Part shown: positions 54,430 through 64,000 of the stretch, one piece after another | Layout of the letters: every line of letters starts with the position of its first letter | How positions within the stretch are numbered: the first letter of the stretch is position 1 | Assembly (NCBI GenBank): GCA_964016885.1 | Contig: CAXHJY010000961.1 | Coordinates: 62,001-126,000, forward strand | Direction: 5' to 3' | Length of the DNA: 64,000 nucleotides | Source: Eledone cirrhosa | Lineage: Eukaryota | Notes under the pieces: model-generated | Database searches by the model: none | Seen by the model: the letters and a program-made list of their open reading frames with translations, nothing else | What the model was told of the DNA's origin: nothing | Position numbers and translations under genes: made by a program

Positions 54430-55340
54430 CAAGTGATGCAAGTGCATTTTGCAGACTCTATGTAGTTTGTTGCAGCAAGCATTCAACTCATCAGAACAGA
54501 TGCAATGAAGTTAAATAAATTCATATGTAGCTTATCATTTGGTTTCAACAGACGCGTAAAATTGTTACTGATACAAATGTTTTCTGAACTCAATGTTTGT
54601 AGAAGGTTGTTAACTTATCTTTTGGATCCTCCACCGCTAACGACGATGTACATATAATTCTTCGATCAACTGAACGTAGAATCACCATGATACAATATGT
54701 GACAAGGCTGGAGCCTCGAATTACAGGTACAGTCAACCCATTTTGTATAATGAAGTAAGTGGTTGAATATTCACTTGGATTTAGATCTTTTGTGGTAGAA
54801 AGAATGAGGAGACGGAACACGACAAATACGACTGTGAGTCAGATCTTAACCATGTTAATGGAATATGATTATAGACAACAACAGTGTTGTATGGATCAGG
54901 TACATGGAGCCTGACACAAGCACTTGAGTCTGTGTTGTTGTATGGATCAGGTACATGGAGCCTGACACAAGCACTTGAGAAGAAACTAGAAGGTAAACAG
55001 AAGGTACATATACATAGGGTTATACAAGACATAAACTGACATCAATGTATTATAAATGAAAGTTTATACGGAAACTTGTCCAAGATAACAACTACAATTC
55101 TTCAAAGACGGTTACTATTTGCAGGACATTGCTGGAGAAGTAAGTAGGAAGTTATAGACGAGTTACTATTGTGGGAACCAACTCATGGGAGACACAGTAG
55201 AGGAAGACTTGCTCGAACCTTCATCAATCAACTCTCAGATGATATAAACCTCAGTAGGGAACAGTTGCCATGAGCAATAGAATGTCATGAATTGTGGAGA
55301 GACTTTGTCAGGAATATTCGACTGTGGCTGTGATGATAAT
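54430..55340 (+). pseudogene. Degenerate RTE-clade LINE 3' portion; a second 3' end lies at 55568-55735
   Basis: Broken translation ESVLLYGSGTWSLTQALEKKLEG...NESLYGNLSKITTTILQRRLLFAGHCWRS...LLWEPTHGRHSRGR..., (TGA)n tail; internal ~50-bp tandem duplication at 54884-54978. Confidence 0.75.
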
Positions 55341-55361
55341 GTTGGTGATCTATTTATCTAA

Positions 55362-55434
<73 letters not shown>

Positions 55435-55490
55435 ACTCTCTCTCTCTCTCTCTAGATACCTCTCACTGTCACTCCCAGTAGTTACGGCCG

Positions 55491-55539
<49 letters not shown>

Positions 55540-56926
55540 ATATCTATCTATCTATCAATCTGTCTCTCTATTATGGAAACCAACTCACGAGAGACGCAGT
55601 AGAGGAGGACATGCCTGAACCTTCACGATCAACCCTCACGTGATACAAACCTGTGCCAGGAGCAATGGAAAATGGTGAATCATGAAAAGACTTTGTCAAG
55701 AATATTCGACTGTCGTCGCAATGATGATGATGATAATTATATAAACATCACTTCTATTATTTCATCATGTACCATCTTCATATTACCTCTCTTCTCTTAT
55801 CTTATCAAGCACTACATCCTTTCATTTTTTCCCCTTACTCCACTATATAATATCTCGTCTCTACTCTTATCTAACATAACACCACTTATTTCATTATATC
55901 ACATCTTAATATCACATTACATAACATTACTTCTTCAATTCATATCCAACCATCAATTGTTAGTTTGTTTGTGACAACACTTGACACCTCTAACTTGTGT
56001 TGCCGTCTTCAGATTGTGTCATGAGAACCAATAATATAATAACAACGTTTTTAGTTTACCGACAATTAACTGAAGTTGACTGGAGTCTGGCTGTGAGGGA
56101 TGGACTTCATTATAATTACTGCTAAGAATGTATATGGCAGAAAAGAATGTAAAAGCACAGTCATCCGTAAAACGATAATAACAATAATGATAGTAACAGT
56201 TAATGATGGAATGGAAAGGATCTCCGTCAGTGACGACGATCAGTGTTCCAGTTGATCAAGCAAGGAAACAGCCTAGCCTACTCATGAAATTAAATATATA
56301 AGTGTCTGAACATTCTTTGATCTTGAAACACGTCTAATCTGGTTTCCTTGGCGAGGTGGGACATTTTGTACGCTCCCCCGCCGACAAGGTTCTTGTTCGC
56401 TTTTGTTCATAAAATGTCTCCCATCATGTGGGGAAGTTCTTGTGAGAATAAGGTAGACTATGGTGAGATTCCACTAAAAACCTAATTGGTCGTATTTTTA
56501 GGATGAGCTCCTCAAAGACAAACCCTTTTGTGTATATTTCGTTGTTATGTTGTAGTATATATACTCCATTAACTCATTGTTGTTACTGGTGGTGGTGGTG
56601 GTGGTGGTGGTGGGGATTTTGCTGCTTGTATTGTTGTTGTTTTACTGAAATTTCTAGTTTGTTTTGTTTAACTCGTTGTTGTTGTTACTGGTGGTGGAGA
56701 TGGAGATGACCGTGGATGTAGAGATAGTGGTGGTGGTGATGGCGGTGGTGCTGCTGGTGTTGTTGTTGTTGTTTTACTGACAGTTCCAGTTAGGTCTTTG
56801 CTTTGTTTTGTTTTTTCCTGTTCTAGATGACTTCTTGCTGTTATTCGTATTTATGTTAACTGTTACAACAATAATACTACAAATAATAATAGCAACGATG
56901 ATACTACTACTACTACAACTGCTATA

Positions 56927-56978
<52 letters not shown>

Positions 56979-57159
56979 TTACTTCTACTACTACTACAAC
57001 TACTATTACTTCTACTACTACTACTACTACTACTATAACTACTATTACTTCTACTACTACTACTACTACTACTATTACTACTACTACTACTATAACTACT
57101 ATTACTACTACTGATATTATTACTACTAGTCGTAGTCTTACCACAAATATTAATGATTC

Positions 57160-57775
57160 TTATTGGCAGTATCGGTAGAGGGTCGGACACCATGCTTTCC
57201 AGCATAGTTACGTCCCTTTACTATCTGTGTTCAAATCCCGCCGAGGTTAACTTTGCCTTTCATCTTTACGGGGTCGATAAAATAAAGTACCAGTAATGCA
57301 CTGGAATAATTGCTGGCCTTGTGCCAAAAGTAGAAACAATTAATGATTCTTACTATAGGCCCAAGGCGAACAATTTTGGTGGAAAGGGAAAGTCGAATAA
57401 ATCGACCCCAGCGCATTACTGGTAATTTATTTTATAGACCCTGTAAGGATGAGAGAAAAAGTTAACCTCGACAGGATTTGAACTCAGAACCTAAAAGGCC
57501 ATAACTCGATGCTGCAAAGCATGTTGTCTTACGCTCTACTGATACTGCTAATAATAATTGTTTTTACTTTAAGCACAAGGGCAGCAGTTTGAAGGGGAGG
57601 GGAAAGTGGATTGAATCGACCCCAATGCATTACTGGTACTTTATTTTATCGACCCCGTAAAGATGGACGGCAAAGTTAACCTCGGCGGGATTTGAACTCA
57701 GAACATAAAGGGCCATAACTCTATGCTGTAAAGCATGGCATCTGACGCACTCCCGATACTTGCTAATCCACCAAT
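57160..57775. mobile_element. S1 SINE cluster (one + copy, two - copies)
   Basis: Same S1 consensus; the first two copies are tail-to-tail. Confidence 0.8.
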
Positions 57776-58661
57776 AAAAATAATAATATCTTTATTTGCC
57801 ACAAGGCCTAGAGAAATAATTTCAGTTAGTAATATCCATCAGATGCCAAGCAGTATAGTCTTCATTCTTTCATCTTATCCAATTGTCATATCCATAACTT
57901 CCACTCCTCTCCTTTCATCACCTTATCTTCACATTATATTATAGCTCCATCTCTTGTCACACAGAACACTCTCTCATTTATCTCCCCTTCTTTCTTTCAT
58001 CAATCGTTCTTTGTGACATCACATCTCCAACTTGCTCAGTACAACACCTCAAGACACCCTCTATCCCAATCTCCCTCTCTGTATATATATATATATATAT
58101 ATATGTGTATATATATGGTTATGTATCTCGCTAGCTCTGTCTCTCTATATATGTCTGTGCATATATATATATAGGTGTGTGTATATGTGTATATATAGGT
58201 GTGTGTATATGTGTATATATAGATGTGTGTGTATATATACACATATATTAATCTCTCACACTCTGCCACTCTCATCTCTGATTACTAGATATCTAATCAT
58301 ATATTAACTCAACGCGTCTTCATTTGATCTCCCCCCCCCCTCTCTCCCTGTTTCTCTGTCTCTCCCCCACATCCACCCCCTCCCCTGATTATTCCTTGCA
58401 GTTATCTAATCAAACATATCTTAACATACCTTTATTTCTTCTCTCTCTCTCTCTCGATTTAAACCCTATCTATCAATCTATCTATCTATGTCTGTATTTA
58501 TCTCTCTCTCTCTTTATATATATATAAAGAGAGAGAGATAAATACAGACATAGATAGATAGGGTCTAAACGGAAACTTCAATACTTATATATGTATATAT
58601 ATATCTGTATACACATACACGCATATATATACATATATATGTATACATACACACACACACA

Positions 58662-58727
<66 letters not shown>

Positions 58728-58731
<4 letters not shown>

Positions 58732-58918
58732 AAAAAATATGACCTCGATGGCAGAGCTCAAGCCGTTTCGACGGCTATTTCTGGACTGAAATAGCCGTCG
58801 TAACGTCTTGAGCTCTGCCGTCGGGGTGATACTTTTTCCTATTTCCCACTCTACTACCCCAAGTATTGAGTACTCTGGTGCGTTATGGTCCATCTGGTTC
58901 CTTACCACAACTCCTTTG

Positions 58919-58921
<3 letters not shown>
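58728..58921 (+). mobile_element. Family C fold-back element, between (TA)n tracts
   Basis: Near-identical to 2451-2645 but with a different loop (tggact). Confidence 0.8.
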
Positions 58922-58984
<63 letters not shown>

Positions 58985-59279
58985 ACTACCCTATTTCCCC
59001 CTCCCCCTCCACTCCTCATCACACCCTCAACATCTTCACTGTCTTTACCATCAGCGCACTCACACTCCTCTTCTCTGATCTTATCTTCCATCTTCCATCG
59101 TCTTCTCCTTCTCAACTATGTATTTCAATAATGAATCTTATCACATTATTATAATGTATGTCGGGAGATGAGATCATCTGCTGATACATTGAACAGATAC
59201 ATTCTTACAGTGATCGCCATTAGAAAAATAACACCTACATACGTACTTAAATACATACATACCTAAGTGTACACATACC

Positions 59280-59321
<42 letters not shown>

Positions 59322-59363
59322 TGTGTGCGCGTGTGTGTGTATATATATATATGTTTGCATATA

Positions 59364-59397
<34 letters not shown>

Positions 59398-59456
59398 GAT
59401 ATATGTGTGTATGCATGTATATATATATTATATATATATATATGTGTATGTATATA

Positions 59457-59567
<111 letters not shown>

Positions 59568-59740
59568 CTGACTAGTTGGTGTGTAAACTACTTGATTGAT
59601 TCTAGATAGCAGAGTGGTTCTTAGCTGAGTAAAATGACATATACACCATACTATAACATATACTATACTACACTATATACACAAGCATGCATATATACAT
59701 ACGTAAGTGTAACACACGCACACACCACACACTCACACAC

Positions 59741-59795
<55 letters not shown>

Positions 59796-60326
59796 GTATA
59801 TACTTACGTATGTACGCATATAATACATACACACAAACATATGTACTACGTACACACAATTTTACACGTGCGAATATACATCTATACATACGTACATGCA
59901 GGTATACATAAGTGCATGCATGTATACATATATATACACACATACATACAAGCATAGATAACTACATACATATATACGTATACAGAATCATAACCACATA
60001 CGTAGAAACATTTATATATAGACATACATACAAGCATACATACACATTCATACATACACATACATACGTACATACATCAAAAGCCTACTAGATAACATTG
60101 CTCTAACTGACATTTACAACTCCAAACCTCAAGCAAGCAGCCAATGCCTGAACAAGAGATTCATTCTCAATTGGAAAACAATCACGCAAAGACGACCATA
60201 TTGAATGGTCCCCGATAATGCGATTATCACTGGCAGTATAAAAGTGTTAATGTATGTATATGTGCTTCTGTTCATATATATATATACGTATATATATATA
60301 TGTACGTATACACACACATATATGTG

Positions 60327-60391
<65 letters not shown>

Positions 60392-60416
60392 GTATACACA
60401 CACATATATGTGTGAA

Positions 60417-60504
<88 letters not shown>

Positions 60505-60534
60505 CATATATATATATATACATATATGTATATA

Positions 60535-60724
<190 letters not shown>

Positions 60725-60745
60725 TATATACATATATATATATAC

Positions 60746-60841
<96 letters not shown>

Positions 60842-60914
60842 ACACATATATTCACACATATATATCTGTGTATGTATATATATATATATATACACACACA
60901 GAGATATATATGTG

Positions 60915-61000
<86 letters not shown>

Positions 61001-61001
<1 letters not shown>

Positions 61002-61170
61002 CAGAGTGTGTTGTAGTTTGCTTGAAGCATTGTTGCATAGGAAAGACGAATATAAATAATTTTTTAAAACCATACAATGCACTAGAAAATTAAAATTGCT
61101 AAGGTAATATTCTATTGTTATCTTAGCAATTTTAATTTTTTAGTGCATTGTATCGTTTTCAAAATTATTT
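61001..61170 (-). mobile_element. Fold-back element: ~57-bp AT-rich arms plus a ~53-bp tail, in (TA)n
   Basis: Arms 61054-61110 / 61114-61170. Confidence 0.6.
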
Positions 61171-61281
61171 AAATATATATATGTGTGTGTGTGTGTGTGC
61201 GTGTGTGTGTGCTTGTGTGAATGCATGTGTTAATGGAGGTCCTTTATGCATGTACCTATATGTGTGCGCGTTTGCAAAGTT

Positions 61282-61334
<53 letters not shown>

Positions 61335-61427
61335 GTCTGTATGTGCGTATATGTATATATATATATGTGTGTGTATATATATATAAGTATATATATGTGT
61401 GTGTGTATATATGTATATATATGTGTG

Positions 61428-61504
<77 letters not shown>

Positions 61505-61525
61505 ATATGTATATATATGTGTGTC

Positions 61526-61556
<31 letters not shown>

Positions 61557-61575
61557 GTAGAGAGAGTGAGTGAGT

Positions 61576-61613
<38 letters not shown>

Positions 61614-62002
61614 TACAGATACAGGTACAGGTACATATAGGTAGAAACACAGACATTCTTTCATGATTATATGTCAGACATTCGGACACGAAACATTGTT
61701 GATGTATTTAGTGAAATTGTCTTATCTGGGCAGACATGGTGTCCACACTGTAGAGATGTAGTAGAAGATTGAGTCAGAACAAGCGAATAACGTTATAGCG
61801 GAATAATGGAATAATGGAATGATGGAAATATTTTGCTATTCTCTGCACTGATTCATCTTAAAGAGGACGTTGGCAGAAGTACAAGGAGGAGGAGGGCGAT
61901 GAAGGAGAAGAGGAATGAGGGGGAGGAGGTAGAAGAACAAGAACAAGAAAAAGAAAAAGAACAAGAAAGAGAAGAAGAAAAAGAAAAAGAACAACAACAA
62001 CA

Positions 62003-62060
<58 letters not shown>

Positions 62061-62087
62061 CTCCTCCTCCTCCTCCTCCTCCTCCTC

Positions 62088-62118
<31 letters not shown>

Positions 62119-62317
62119 AAATAGGAAGGGGATGAGGAGGAAAAATAACGTTCTAGAAGAGATGAATATAATGATTTTATTTATTAGCCACAGAGGCCGA
62201 CATGAATACAATAACCGTTGTGAAGAACAGCAATAACGAGAAGACCACCACCAGAACAACAACAACAACTTTAACAGTAATGTTAATAACAACAACAATA
62301 TTGAAATGGTAAACACC

Positions 62318-62349
<32 letters not shown>

Positions 62350-62460
62350 CGTAAAATAAAAACTTAAATGATAAGAATAAAATGATTAAAAATTATTAAA
62401 AAAACACAAATGAAATAAAGAAAACAACATAAAAACAAGAACAAATTTACAATAAACATT

Positions 62461-62495
<35 letters not shown>

Positions 62496-62549
62496 CTGTT
62501 TGTATATATGTGTGTTTGTATATGTGTGTGTGTTATATATGTATATATA

Positions 62550-62580
<31 letters not shown>

Positions 62581-62654
62581 GTGTGCGCATGTGTATATAT
62601 ATATATGTATATATGTATGCGTGTATATATATATAAGAAATATATGTGTGTGTG

Positions 62655-62688
<34 letters not shown>

Positions 62689-62747
62689 TGTGTCTGTATA
62701 TATATATATATATATATGTCTGTATATATATATATGTATGTATATAT

Positions 62748-63278
62748 ACGGAAAAAATGAAACGAAATTTCATTTCCCACTCTTAGTACGGCTGTTACTT
62801 AAATATAAGTATGTATACGTACATACATATATGGATACAGACGTACAGTAGCATGTATATATATATACATACATGCACACATATATATATGTACGTATGG
62901 TTTCACCGAACATTTATTATAATGCTCGGTGTGTTTGTAAACAAACATCCCGTATTAAGCCGTAGTGTCTAGCAACCATCGTTGCTCGTTTGTTCAACAC
63001 TGACAAAGGAACGCTGTACTAGTTTCAAGCTTATTAGCTATCGTCAGCAACGTCTAACTTCCTGCCAAATGATTGAACGTCTGAAAGTATATACTTTCCT
63101 TATGCATATTAACGGGTGATAGCCCAATTTGCATATCGAGTGAGTTAATCGGCCGGGCGCACCGAAAACGATAAACGGAAAAAATGAAACGAAATTTCAT
63201 TTCCCACTCTTAATACGGCTGTTACTTAAATATAAGTATGTACACGTACATATATATATGTATACAGACGTACAGTAG

Positions 63279-63290
<12 letters not shown>
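62748..63290 (-). mobile_element. Retrozyme-like non-autonomous element: 427-bp unit plus ~110-bp terminal direct repeat
   Basis: Direct repeats start at 62748 and 63175 (acggaaaaaatgaaacgaaatttcatttcccactctta.tacggctg...). Internal HHR, no ORF, TA-rich flanks. Confidence 0.7.
63010..63054 (-). ncRNA. Intact minimal type I hammerhead ribozyme; predicted cleavage between 63017 and 63016
   Basis: Minus strand: gacgttg-CTGACGA-t-agct-aata-agct-t-GAAAC-ta-GTA^-cagcgtt. Stem I is 7 bp (two G-U); stem III is the palindrome ACUAGU. Confidence 0.78.
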
Positions 63291-63325
<35 letters not shown>

Positions 63326-63441
63326 ATATGTATGTATATATATATATATGTCTGTATGTATATATACGTATATATATATCAAAAATGTACTGCTACTACT
63401 ACTGCTATTATTACTAGTGCTGCTACTACTGCTACTACTAT

Positions 63442-63529
<88 letters not shown>

Positions 63530-63539
63530 TATTATTATT

Positions 63540-63620
63540 ATTATTAGCCACACAGGGCTTACATTAAGAGGACAATAGAGAGAGTACATGACAGTTCAGT
63601 GTGGGGGTGTTTTTTTGTGT
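63540..63620 (-). mobile_element. Tx1-like 3' end in an (AAT)n tract (similar stubs at 62170-62215 and 57788-57810)
   Basis: Minus strand ...tgtaagccctgtgtggctaataataat. Confidence 0.45.
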
Positions 63621-63685
63621 GTGGGGGAATGGTTTATAAAGATAACAATAATAATAACAATAACAATAATAATAATAATAATAAT

Positions 63686-63766
<81 letters not shown>

Positions 63767-64000
63767 AAGAAGAAGAAGAAGAACAATAATAAGAGACCAT
63801 TGAAAATCTGTGGAAAAATCACCTATGATATATAAACATCTTTTCATGTTGAGCAGCAGCTACTAATTCAATTAAAAACTTTAAAGAAGCGAATTATATG
63901 TCTGTCTGATTATTGTAGAACCAACTGGTGAACCGATAAAATGGTAAATTCTTCTAGGCAGCGAATAACAACAACAACAACTTAAAAACTTCATAATGAG

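Overview
Eukaryotic, very AT-rich, microsatellite-saturated DNA with no recognisable host protein-coding exon. The SINE families and the (TA)n/(CA)n/(GATA)n density suggest a coleoid cephalopod (octopus-like) genome; this is an inference. The only convincing genes are ORF1 (zinc-knuckle) and ORF2 (APE endonuclease-RT-CCHC) of an apparently intact, full-length ~5.7 kb L1/Tx1-clade retrotransposon (28053-33771, minus), bounded on both sides by (GATA)n. Almost all other ORFs in the track are translations of simple repeats. The most striking hidden layer is a set of type I hammerhead ribozyme (HHR) motifs (CUGANGA...GAAA...UH) read by eye in several unrelated short elements. These include a complete monomeric HHR at 6370-6444, a 427-bp-period retrozyme-like partial tandem with an intact HHR at 62748-63290, and HHR motifs in the 3' UTR of two independent copies of a CRE-like restriction-endonuclease (RLE) retroelement. 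Many unrelated short elements share a '(TA)n - tail - long fold-back - (TA)n' architecture typical of Penelope-like (PLE) insertions. Also present: tRNA-derived SINEs, RTE-LINE relics, hAT MITEs and several mini/satellites. All structures were paired manually and boundaries of degenerate repeats are approximate.
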